Assembly (NCBI GenBank): GCA_051362555.1
Contig: CM120641.1
Span: forward strand, 43,034,401 to 43,098,400
Length of the DNA stretch: 64,000 bases
Reading direction: 5' to 3'
DNA from: Lingula anatina
Lineage: Eukaryota; Animalia; Brachiopoda
A model generated the notes under the pieces. The model made no database searches, was not told the origin of the DNA, and saw only the letters and a list, made by a program, of their open reading frames with translations. The position numbers and the translations under genes are program-made. This document shows, in pieces, positions 11,343 through 24,400 of this stretch; the first letter of the stretch is position 1; each line of letters starts with the position of its first letter.

Positions 11343-12864
11343 ATGACCAACAGACCCGAGTCCATCGTCTTGGAGGGTGGCGAAGACGGCAATATGTCTG
11401 ACGACGAGCAAAAGGAAGAAGATGAAGCGGGAGAAACCCCCGCAGAGGAATCGACTCGAACATTTCTCTACCCAGACGAACTGTCAGATCTAACACTACA
11501 TGTTGAAGGCAGACGACTCTTCGTTCACAAGGCAATACTGGCTTCCGTCTCCCCCGTATGGAAGAGAATGTTCACGTCGGAATTCAGAGAAAAACATTCC
11601 AGAGAGATCAGCCTTCCTGATAAAAAATTCAACCACATCGTGGTCCTTCTCCAGTGGATTTACCGCTCTATGATAGAAACCATAACGGGTAGGGCCTTAC
11701 TATAGATGTTGACAGCTAGGCCTAATTGGCTTGACTGACTGAGAAAATTACCAGTAGCTTATTTTAACAGTAATAATATCTTTGAATAAAATATACCAAT
11801 GCAAAAATCCCTTTGCAGAATGGAGTAGTTTAACCATAAGTCTACTGTTCTGTTTAATATATGTGTCGATGCTGCTTCCCCAAAACAAAACAAACAGCAA
11901 TACAGAGGAGACAGTTCATTGGAACGTATTTGCAAGCGAAATTGTATACCAGAATCACTGTAAAAGGTATGAAATTATACGTGCGCTTAGATATGAGCTA
12001 TTTTTTGGGCACCAAAACAACATACGCGTTATCGATTTTCATCAGGACGAAATGAATCATCGCAGTCTGTACATTGTTAAGCAGACTAGAAAACATTTTT
12101 CATTTGTCCTGTCTTGTTCTAGTACATCAGCTCATGTCATATCATGTACAATCCATAATGTAATAATGACATTTTTAACCCCAACGAAATCAATTTTGAC
12201 CTTCATTGCAGACGAAAATGTATTCTACGTCCTTCCACTGGCTGAAGAATACCAAATATTAAAACTGAAGTTGGACTGCGAGCAGGTTTTGCTGTCTCAC
12301 GTCCAGCCCAAGACCACCACCCCGCAGCCCATGGAGCAGGTGATGGAGTACATGTTGTTGGCCCAGGAGTACCACCTAGCAGAGCTGCTAGACAGGACCG
12401 CGGAGAGCACGGCGGGCCTCACCAATGAAGAGCTAACAAAAAGGCGGGAATACCCACGCCTATCCAGCGAAACCAAGGGGCGCATAGCCACCAGCCGCGT
12501 TATACTTCTCGAGCATAAAACTAGGGGTCAGGAAAAAGAAATCAACATAGCAAAAAGACAGTGTAGGGAGCTGGAAGAGAAATGCAAGATCACGGAACAG
12601 GAGATCGATCGGCATATTAGGGAGAAAAAGGTGATTCAGAAATACCTGCATGAGATCAAGGACGCATGGGATAACCGCGGGGAGGAGGTGCGCTGCGGGA
12701 AGGACGAGGTACACACTTATTGTAGCAGAAACTACGAGTGTAAGGACTGCAATCTCAAAGTGAAAGCGTTCGTGTCCTCAAAGACCGACCAACTTTTACA
12801 CCGCAGCCTTAAAGAGCTGGGGAGGAATACCATTAAATGGCCGACAGCAGGGTCTATTCTCTGA
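11343..12864 (+). CDS. BTB/POZ-domain protein with coiled coil and Cys/His-rich tail, about 332 aa
   Basis: Exons 11343-11688 and 12212-12864 (GT at 11689, CAG ending 12211, phase 1). BTB signature SDLTLHVEGRRLFVHKAILASVSPVWKRMFTSEFRE..ISLPDK; ENVFYVLPLAEEYQI..CEQVL. Start could be the upstream in-frame ATG at 11241. Confidence 0.88.
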
Positions 12865-14541
12865 AGATATCTTATTATCAGTGAGCACCCCCTTCCCCCA
12901 ATGACATTACCCAAACCCGGAATGCATAAATACTGAAGTCGAGAGTTGGTCTTTAACTTAAATCTGATTTGAACATGCACTTGGTGTCCTGGAAAAATCT
13001 TCTTGAGATTTGATTCAAATTCCTTCTTTATCGATTGGATGAATCAAAACTTTCATTATGTGGAGCAATTTTCTTTGGTGAGCCCGTACCACTACGGAAA
13101 TGGTCTGTCGGAAACCCTTTTCAATTATTATGGAACATTCTAAGGAAACGAGCCAATAACGTACACGTCCCTTTCTTTATCAAAGTATGTCCGTTAACGA
13201 TTTCTTACATGGTTTAAAAAAGAAACAATGAGACGACAAAATGCGCATGATTTATTATTTCTTTAATAAAATTACGACGACTTTGAATACAAAAATCTTT
13301 CATCTTTAGCTCATGTGCTTTTATATTGATTTCTAAGAAATCGTGATGCAGTACTTACTGAGCAATGTGCTCACTTTAACGACTGGCCTTAGTAAATCAA
13401 GAGATATATTTAAGATAAATATCTTCTGACGATTTAACAACAAAACACTGACATTTGTCGTTCTATGACGAATCACCTTTATCGCCAGAATCTTGGACGA
13501 GAAATTATAATAAATTGTATTACTTACAACAATATTGCACAATTACTTTTATGTCAGCGTGTAATAAGCTTCAATGTTATGAGGAAATATAATAGTTGCA
13601 AAATAATATTAGCTTTCTCTCGTGTCTTCTTGCTCGATATATTTATATGAAATACACGTAGACTTCCTCTTATAGAAGTTCTGAGGAAAAGACAGCGTAT
13701 TTGATCTTTCTATCAGACTACAAACTAGCGTTATTTTGCCTACATGGAGTCCAACTAACACTAAGCTATGGTATCTCGACTATCTTAAACAATAAAGTAA
13801 TACTCATTCTAGCGGACGACGGATACACTAAGTAAACACCCAATGTCGGGGCGACGTGGATACAGTGATCTGAATTAAATGACATTTCGTAGTAGCATCA
13901 CAGGGACCACGTGGTCCCGTCGTTGTGCTTTCTGGGTAAATTCTGCTGCAGCCGTTACATTACATGTAGATAAAACGTGAGCACTCCAGTGAGGTACAGA
14001 TATATTAAGATATATAGTTTTTTATCATTGGGAATGCGGCTGCAGAACAAAGAACCACATTCACCGGCGCTAGAATTTTCCCAGTACGATTTCTAGTGCC
14101 TAAGGCTCATGTAAGCATGCAATTTTCACCAATGGATAGAACGATTTGATTTTGAATAAAAAAGTTATACATTTTTCAAATCGTAGACATTCAGCTGGTT
14201 ATATGCACACAATGTAGCACAAGCACTACTACAACAAGAAAGGCAATGTTTTTCAACTCAGAAAGTTTAAGCATTCTTGATCTTTTTTGGCCAATATTTT
14301 CTATTGGAAAGCAAAAATTGGACTTTTTTGATAAGTCAGAAATAATGTCAATTCTTGAACATTGTCTATTTAAACTTAATATGAGGTGAAGACTAATGCA
14401 CGTTTCTAACACGTCATATCTTGCTTTTGGGGAAAAAATTGCAACAACTGTATAGGAAAAGTTGGTTTATATAATCAACTGGCCAACTTCCAAGCACAAT
14501 ATGATTTAAGTTTGATATAATTCTATAAGTTATGATAAGCA

Positions 14542-17500
14542 TCATTTTCCATCCTTCTCTTTTGCTATAGTCCACAATGGATCAAGTCTGTTCAGGGGGT
14601 CATTGGGATCTTTGACATGGTCCCTGATGTGGGATGTCTTATCACTGAAACTCGATTTTGTAATTTTCCTGTCCTTACCCTCTGCGTCTAGAGAAAAAGT
14701 ACTTGGGTTCTGTATCTCAGCCAGAGAGGGTGGTAACTGGGAGGCATCGCCCCCATGACTGGGGTGTTTTAACTGATGCTGAGGAGAGGCTGGCAGGCTG
14801 GCGCTAGCACTGCGGATTGAAGAGCTTGAGCTTGATCGGCTTCTGGAATATTGTCCAACCAATGGATGTAAAAGTTGTTCTGGCAGCATTTGGCCTTGAC
14901 CTTGGCCTTCTGCTATTTGACCTTGGCTTCCAGGGTGGCCCATAACCCCTTGTGCAGACCCCACACTGTAAAGTGATGCACTGAGATTAGCCGGTAAATT
15001 CTGGTTGTCTCCTTGAATAATGTTTTTTTGACTTGTGTCTGCGCCACTATAAGAGAGCACCATTCCATGGATATTAGAATCTGAAGCTGCTAAGCCCACT
15101 TGTGTAGGTGGGGCATCCAGCACAGGAGGTTGTGGTGGGAGAGAGGAGGATCTCGACGAATTACTGGAGTCACTTCCTATTACATTGTACTTTTTGAAAG
15201 TCATCTTGGATATGTTGGACTCTATGGTGCTGAGGGTGGTGGTGCCCAGGATGAAGTCTTCTGATGGCTTCCTCTGGTGGGACTGGCCTGGGGTAGGCAG
15301 CTTGTCTCCAAATGAGGCCTTGTTGGCCAGAATACCACCTGGAAATAACAAACATATATGACAATCAATAATATATATGTATACATGAAAAATCTAAATG
15401 AGGGATAATATATCATTGCTGATGGTGATACTATTTCATGAGGAAATGAGAAGTTTTTTATTCTGAAGAAACAGACAAAACAAAAGATTGTCTGTCTGTA
15501 ATCCAAATTAATTGTAGTATGAAAAGGCAATTAAAATGGTTACAGTCTGATAAATTGAGGAAGAAAAAGATCATCAAAGTAAACATAATAAGCAAAACCT
15601 AATGAGCAGCCAACAGAGAATGAAAACAATCAAGAAGCTTGTGTGGATGGGACGGGTGGGTTGAGGGTTAAGTGGGGGATTAAATTTTAAAACAAGTTTT
15701 CAATAATACACATCGCTCTGACAAGCCTCTAAATGTGTGTTAATTCCCAAAGTTGAGTATAATCAAGTAGCACAGCCACTATTATTTCACCTTGAATTTA
15801 GGACCACAGTCAAAAGCTGAAATTTGAACTTCCTCATTCCATTAATCAGTTCACTTTTAAATAATAAATATAAATAACTGTCGGAATATATTTATGGCAT
15901 ATCAATTTACAGGATATGATCCTTGTTATTGTTGGTTGCATTCTGCTGTCTTTTTATGAAATATGTCCAAAGAAGCAGTCTTCTTTGTCAAATTTTTCCT
16001 TTACAACCCTTATTCAAACTAGAGGTTCTAAAGGAGTGCCTTGTACACTAGCAGTTAAAATTTTACATATCTTGGAAGAACTATCCATCTCAACACCATC
16101 AAGCTAATGACAAGTAAAATTTTTGCCACTTGTACTTAGAGAATATTGCTTCATATAACCACTATTAACTTTACATCAAGCCATTCCACACGTAGCAAAA
16201 ATGACTGCATAGCCTCGCAACTTGAAGCAGAACAAAAGCAAGCTGCTGTAAAAATTGCAACCACGGTTATATGTCAAAATTACTGTCTTTACAAATTTTA
16301 GGTTATTTGATATTCATTACATACATGGCTTTTCAACAGAAAATTAAATTTTAATATGGATTAATTTTAATGTAGGACAAAGCTGTCCATACAACCAATC
16401 ATTTCTTTGCCATATTATTCACAGCTTTAATCTATGTCAGCTAGGGGGAAAAGGGTGAAAAATGGGTCTAAGCCCAATGCTTGGTATATATCTTACCAAA
16501 CATCCTGGGTGGAGATTGCCCAACTAAAAGAAAGGATTATAACAAGGATTATAACAGAAAGCATAACAGATAAGCATCCTTAGGCTTATAACCATTAAAA
16601 AATATGAAATATGAAAGTCTTTGAGCACAAGCATTCAAAACAGCAAAAAATGAGCAGTATTTGTATTGGGAATCAAAAATTAAAACCCATTATCATTTTT
16701 ATCTCATATGTGACTTAGTACTTCCTTGACTGTCAAAGGCAACATTTTCTTCAGTACTTTTGTTCCAATAAAATTAATTATTAATTCAAAATTGCATTAA
16801 AAAAAAAGAACAAAGTATAAACACTAAAATAAAATTTGCAGTTCTTTGCACAAAGCATCTTAAAAACTAGCCCCTAAGCAAGGGAAACCACCCATTCTCA
16901 TAATATCCTTCACCTGCACAAGAATCAAATTAAAAATCAAGAGTTTCTGGGGGGGGGGGGGATTACAAATATGGGTCAACAGTATCCATTGCTCCTATAA
17001 GCAAGCTTTCTCTGCAGCAACTTAATGTTTGAAAAGATTCTTTAGCCTCCTATGCGTAGTATACAATGAACTGTTCTTTAAACACAACCAGCGAAAAATT
17101 AAAAACACTCACTAGTAGCTCTCACTGAGTACATCCATAAGCTTATCATAAGGACTATTTTCACATTTTGAGTTTGAAGAACTCATTATATAATATTATT
17201 TCATTTACATATCATACCCATGGTACAGAATTCATTCAATCAAATCACACAAATCATTGGAAAGGCTTCTATGCTGGGAAGACTAAGGTAAAAAGCTTCC
17301 ACTATGAGCATCTGCATTTAAATAGTCTAAAACACAGAACAACATAATATAAATGGCACACAAATGAAATAAGGATATGATTGCTGATTTAAGTGTAGCT
17401 ATAAACTTACGTTTCATCAAAGTGTCCTCAGCATGGTATAAGATGGCCTCGTAGCAGTACTTGAGTTGTTCTTTGGTTTGAACCATCATCTTTCTCTTGG

Positions 17501-18378
17501 CTCTCATCTTCAGTATGGTGGAGAGGATATCTATGATACCATTGCCTCTCTGGATCTCCTGAACACCTGAGTACACTGTACAGAACACTCCTGTCCTGCC
17601 TACACCTCCACTGGAATTATTACACATATAGTGTAAGTACACAACACAGAATACCCCAGTTTAGCAATTATTGTACACAGACTTATTACTAGTCTTTCAG
17701 GGTAACTCATTTTCTTTTATACTGTTGCATATTTCTTTCCAGCAAAGTTATTAAGACTAATAAAATCAAGTGGTAGCATTTTTATCTCAAATTTATAAAA
17801 CTATCTTTGGAAAAAAAATGTAAGTATATTGTAAAAATACTCAGGCCCTCCCCCAACCACAACTGAAATGATCAGAAGTGGTTTGATTGTTTATTTATGG
17901 GCTAGACATGTACAGAAGAGAAGAAAATTCAGCAAACTTACCTTTATCACCAAGGTATATCCCTGTCCAAAGCAGTTCAGAAACCCTAATTTCAAGCTCT
18001 TAGGTTTGAATTTCTACCAATACAGTATTAATATGTTTTATAACAGATGAAACTTGCATAAACTGGTAAATAGATTGTAGTTTTTGTCAAAAGTTTTGGA
18101 CATAAAATACCTTGGTGATAACAGAAATTTGATGTTTTCTCCTAGAGGTAAAGGTCTAGCTCTTATTGAAACATTTTTCAGTTGATTAGCTTAGTTGACC
18201 TAGAAATTTAGCCAGTGTATTTCATGTACTCACTCGCAGTGGACCACAATGGGTTTGGAGGCATTCCTTTGACATTTGTAGAAGCTATGGACTTCATTTA
18301 TGAACAAAATGAGGAGACTGGGACTCTCTGGTACTCCACTGGAACAAAGTAAGAAGAAAGTGAAACCATGAAAATATG

Positions 18379-18411
<33 letters not shown>

Positions 18412-21400
18412 GGAAGCTTTTCTTAATAAATGATATATGAAACTTTTCATTTCATAAGAAATAAAATCTTCCCCAGCACTTATAAGTTTTAGATGAAAAA
18501 CATTAATGAATAAATGTGAAATTTAAAACCTTTTTGTCCCTATATTATGTACACTAATGCTTTCGACTTTCATTTCAAAACTTTTTAAAAAGGAAAAATC
18601 TTACAAAAGTTTTCTTCTCACCTTGGTGGCCAAGACAAGAACTGCATGTGTATAACAGTCCTAGATATTTTAGTTTCTTTGTGGCTAAGAGTGATGAACC
18701 TCTCAGTCCAGGCCTGGTTTTCCTTCTTGGTTTGTAAAGTCAAAGTAAAAGGACCATATGTCAGGCTCTGGCCCTTGTCATCTGGCCAGTAAGCTATCAT
18801 CTTATTCTGGAAATATGAGACATTCTTAATAATATTGTGGACATTTAGTGGAAACCAGATGATTGCAAAAACTTCACAAAACATTGCCACTTAACCTGAA
18901 CTTGCTTCATATACTGTAAATGCCATCTTCACACTTCTTTCTCAATAATTTTGACAAAGTTAGAAACCCTCATAAACATTCCAACCTTAAAAAGTTAAAA
19001 TATCTTTTTAAAATTTATCCCACCAGGCATAAAATTTACACACAAGTCATCTCAAGTCTTCAAAACTCTTCATGCCAAACAGAGCCAAAACCATACCTTC
19101 CCCAACTCCATGTCTCCTACCAGAGCCACCACCACCTCAGTGTGCTGTTCATACACCATGGTCCAGAAGTCGGTCACTGTGGAGGGCAGTGGGGACTGAG
19201 TGGCTATAATACCAGGACAGTCAGGGCTGCAGGCATCCAGGTAGCTGCCATTGATATAGTCATCCTTGGTGGAAGTTAGGAGCACTCTGCTCTGGTCAAC
19301 TGAAGAAAAGGGAGGTAGCTATAGATGTGTATTTAATTTTTCTAAAAACTTCTATATTATATCTTTCATTATCTAGGAACAAGTAGTCAATTGAATTTAA
19401 GGTAGTAATTATTAATATTTGTTGTTGTTATTAGTGTCACATATTATTTTTGCCTTTTTACAATTAGTCATGGAAAACAGAACCTACATGGCATGACATC
19501 TGGGAACCTGTTCTTCATTGGATAGCACCTTGCAATAGCCATGGACTGCTGTTTCCTTGAGCTTTTCTCTTGTTCCTCTAACAGATCCTGAACACACAAC
19601 AAGCAGCATAAAGGAAATTATACAGTGTAACAATGATAAAATACAATTTCTAATGAGATGTAAAATCTGAATTACTTTTACAATGAGTGCAAAACATTCA
19701 ATGAACAAAACATTAAAATTTGACGTGAAAATATCAAATCAATCCTTGTATCTTTCTTAAAAGCAAATAAGTAAAACAAACTCACCTTCCACTCCTTATC
19801 AAGGAGAGTAGGTCCACTCAGTGTCTGCTTTGACAAACCTTCCACAACTTTTCCAAACTTTTCTACCTCTGAAACAAACCTCTGCAAAATTTCTGTATCG
19901 CTGTAAGGGTCTTTGTGTGCCTGCTGCAGTTGCTGCTGTTGTTGTTGCTGTAATTCTTCTTTCTGCTGAGCATCTGCAGCATCTTTCTGATTCTGTATTT
20001 CTTCCTGTGTCATCACTTTTGGCAACAGGACTGCAGCCGGGGGCACACCTGCATCTGATTGGGTGTCAGAAAGTAGGTCATCAGTGGAGGCTGTAGAGGC
20101 AGAGGACAGTTGTCTGTGTAGTACTGCTGGTGCTAAAGGTTGAATTGAAATCGGTTGTAGAGGTTGAACTGGAACAGGTTGTAGAGGTGGTGGTCCTTGG
20201 AGTCCTGGACCTTGTTCAGGTTGGGCCTGCTGCTGATAAGGTGTCTGTGCACCAGGTTGTGTGGGACCCGCTGCTGCCGACTTCTGCTGCCCAGGCTGCA
20301 CTGAACTTGATGGTGTCATTGATGGCAGATTTCCAAAATGCTGATGTTGCTGGTTAAAGGCTGGTTGGCTCTGAAACCCAGTACCAGGTTGTCCCTGCTG
20401 GCCTAAATTTGGCAATTGTCCTTGTGGGTGAACATAGGGGACCTGACCTTGACCCTGCATGGTTCCAGCCTGCTGACCTTGCACTTGGACATTTCCAGAT
20501 GGCTGACCTTGACCTTGCACATTTACAGACTGCTGGCCTTGAGCAAGCCCCATTTGTTGCTGACCAGGCACCATATATGCATTTCCTCCTTGCTGAGGGC
20601 CAGAAGGCTGTTGCTTTTGGCTTTGCAGATTAACTGTTGGTTGACCAAACCCCTGTGGATACCCAGGTTGTGGTCCTTGGGAATAGACAGCTGGCTGACT
20701 GGCAGAACCAGTTCTTTGAGACTGTGGACTGTAAGGTGCTCCTTGCCCCTGACCATAGGTCTGAGGTGTTTGCGTTTGATTTATCTGGGAGGCATGCTGT
20801 TGCTGCCAGGATTGGTGATATTGGCCCAGTTGTTGACCTTGCTGGAGGTTTGGCTGCTGTTGCTGCTGCTGCCATGGTGTTTGATACTGTTGCTGTGTTT
20901 GTTGTCCCTGTTGTTGTGATTGTCTAAACTGTTGTTGATTTACTGTTCCTGTGGCAGCATTCTGTGTGCTAGGGAGTGACCCCACCTGGGAGTAATATGG
21001 CATGCTGTTAGAGGTAGAAACTGCCAATGTGGTGGTAGACTGTGTATGGCTGGTCTGTGAGTAAGACGAAGGATATGACTGATACTGGGACACTGTCCCT
21101 GGTTGTTGGGGCTGGAACTGTGGTCTAGCCTTCTGACCACCTGTATATCCACCTGGCTGACCAGTCATCTGTCCACTAGGAACACCCTGATACACACCTG
21201 GTTGGCTGAACTGCTGTCCAGATTGGGTGCCACTCTGATTCACACCTTTCAGGGTTGGAGCAGTAGAGCTTTGTGTATTTTGTCCCATGTACTGGGTGGC
21301 TTGTCCATGTTGTGCTACAGAGCTATAAGCACTCATCTGTGGTAATGAACCAGAAACGGGTGCTCCTTGCCGATTTCCAGACACCTGCTGGTTTCCAGAA

Positions 21401-24400
21401 ATAGGCTGGTTTCCAGGAATGTGACCCACACTGCTTTGTTGGGGACTTTGATTTATGGTTGATGCTGGATAATTTCCTTGGTATCCAACAAATGAAGAAC
21501 TAGAAACGGCAGCAGTTGGAAGTTGATTCTGCCCAGTCTGAGATGCCTGATACCCAGTGGATGTTTGAAATGTTGATTGTTTAGGAGGCTGATGTTGGCT
21601 CTGTGGGACAGGGCAACTAAACTGCTCTTGGGGATAGGAGGAACTCTGGTGTGGAGATTGGTACCTTGGCTGTCCATGCTGGGACAGGTGGTGTGTCTGG
21701 GAACCAGAATAAGGGGTCTGGCCATGTTGCACTGCAGGGTAACTTCCATAACCCTGTGAGCCTGAGTAAGCTGATGCTTGCCCGGCATGTGGTGCAGGGT
21801 AAGACGGTTGCCCCTGTGACACAGAGTGAGAGGGCTGCCCCTGCTGTGTGGGATAAAAAGTCTGCCCCTGGGGCACAGGGTACCCAGTCTGGTCTTGCTT
21901 TGTTGGATATGACAGCTGCCCCTGCTGAGAAGGCTTAGCACCACCTGAAGCCTGTATTTGATTTGTTCCAGTTGGGACATTTTGAGGAGCATTTCCACCC
22001 TGTCCAGCATGAGGTGGCTGCTGACTGGTTGTTGGCTGCTGGTAGCCAGAGGAAACTGAACTAGGAGGCTGTTGTTGTTGTTGTATATGTGGACCTAACT
22101 GGGCACCTTGTGGATAATAACCTTGATGTACAGACCCTGGCTGCGTTCTCCAGTCCTGTGGGTTTGGCTGTAATTGTTGCTGCTGAAAATGGTGGTCACC
22201 AGTATTACTTGGCTGAGGGTACATGCTGGGATAAGGAGGCTGGTTCTGGTTCTGCTCTCCACCAGGTGTTGCTATGGGAGTATTCAGTGTGTCCACAGTC
22301 TGTGAGGGACTTGGTCTAGGGTGTGCTATCCTACCAGCCCCACTGTACTGGTCAATGCCAGATGATGGTGTTACCGAAGAAGTAGAAGTCTGACTGTACT
22401 GTACATTTTGTTGCTGTTGAGTCATGTATGAAGCACATGTTCCTGTGGGTAGCAACTCAGCACCATCCCCTTCTTCACGCTCCTTGGTAGGTGGAACAAT
22501 CACATCTTCTTTCTTCATATAAGAAAGTCCCCCATCTTGGACAGACCCGACGCCACCTGGTGGTAATGCCTGTGGTGGCCCTGGAGAGGTGTATCTATTA
22601 TCCAGGTGTGACGTCATGCCATAAATGTTGTTGTTAGGCATGGAATGAGGAGCTGACTGTGAGGAGTAAGGAACGTTACCCTGGGGCTGGTACCCACCTG
22701 GGTACCTCTGGTCCTGTCCCTGTTGCTGTGCACCATGCCTGGGTGAGGCAGGGTGACTGGCTGGGTGTGACGGGAGATGTGTAGGGGATGCTGTCTGGCT
22801 GGGGGGCAGGGATCCCCCGCCACCCCCCTGAACTCCATACATATTAGTCCCTGGCTGTCTGACACCCCCCTGTGGACCTCCATCCCTCCTGCCAAATATT
22901 TCAGGCTTCATATGAGGGAGGTAATCTTTCAGTTTTGGCCCATCTGATGAAACAGGGTTTCTATTCATGTCAGGCTGCATATTAGGTAAATAGTCTTTCA
23001 ACTTGGGTCCTTCAATATTAGTGGGGATATCATTATCCTTCAAGTGACCAAAGGTGTTTGGTTTCATATATGGCAAGAAGTCCTTGAGTGTTGGGCCCTC
23101 AATGACTGCTGGCAGAGCTGGGGGATTATTATCATCATCTTTTAGGTGACTGAATGTCTCTGGTTTCATGTAGGGTAAGAAGTCCTTTAGTTTGGGTCCA
23201 GGAAAGACATCTGTTGAAGAGGTGGTTGAGGAAACACCTGGTTTTGGAGCACTAGGTCTCTCTGGGGGTGGAGCTGTAAAAGATTACAATAAGAAGTTTT
23301 TAGAGATTGGTTTTATGATAGTTCAGCATTTTGGTAATGAAGATGAATATTGTGCTTTAGATTTATATAAATAAAATGAACACAACTGAATGGCATGACT
23401 GAATAGTTAACAAGCTTTGAACATACAATTTCAAAAAAAAAATAATACAAAAAACATTTCAACATAATTTACATACAATATTTATATACTATATTCATAT
23501 GTTATTATGAAATATCTAAATAATACAGTTATAATCTACATCCATGGAACACATGTCAACTTACCCTTTGGTTTGTGTCTGTTGGTAATCTGCTGCCTCT
23601 CATCCTCCAGTACTTTACACACACCCTTCACCCTGTCCAGCAGTCTGCTCACATTACCATCGTGTTTCTTGTAGAAGTCAATGCCCTTCTGAGACTTAGC
23701 TAATAGATCCTCATACACATCATAGGACTGTATTAAACCCTGTATTGTGGCATCACGTCTGAAATAGAGAGAGAGTCTGATATGGTATTGCTGATCAAGT
23801 TTTGGCTGTTAATGTAACTGCTTCATACATATCAGCTTCAATGGTTTCCATTTAAGGCCGGTGATAGGGTTAAATACGCTTAAAATCGTGTTTTTGAGTT
23901 TTTTGTGTGTTTATATTAATCAAAAAAGTATCTAACGTTGGATGTAATAATTTTTATGAATTTGCATCGCAAAATGCGTCTTTTGATGATTTTTTTCAAC
24001 CGGCACACGCCCCAGTCAGGCTGACAACTAAGCCACACCTCTGTTACTAAGGGCCGTTGCCATGAGGGGGTCGGAGCACAGTTAATGAGTTATAAGCCGA
24101 TTACGTGTGCGGTAATAGGTCATAAGTCTTACATCAGCTTAGCAGCTAAGAAGTCTAGCTAGTACACTATGGGGAAGAGAAAAGTTCGTGTTAAAAGTCC
24201 CTTTCCAGAGGAAAGAAGGAAAATTTTGAGAGTAAGGCCTATGCGTGGCGGTTGGGGAAAACCGGCCCTATTTGTTCAGTCGGATGACTGATTTCTGTAT
24301 ACCTAATAAATGGGTGAAAGAGTTAATCGAAACGTCTAAATTAATTGACAAATGAAAGAAAAATCGATAAAAACATAAATAAAAAAAGCTAAAAAAGGAT

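Noticed and set aside
11782-12211. N-terminal 143 aa of the 360-aa ORF
   Set aside because: Open intron sequence; the real exon starts after the CAG at 12211 and joins the BTB exon.
19821-22895. Many antisense and alternate-frame ORFs over the large PTPN23 exon
   Set aside because: By-products of stop-poor low-complexity Gln/Pro codons.
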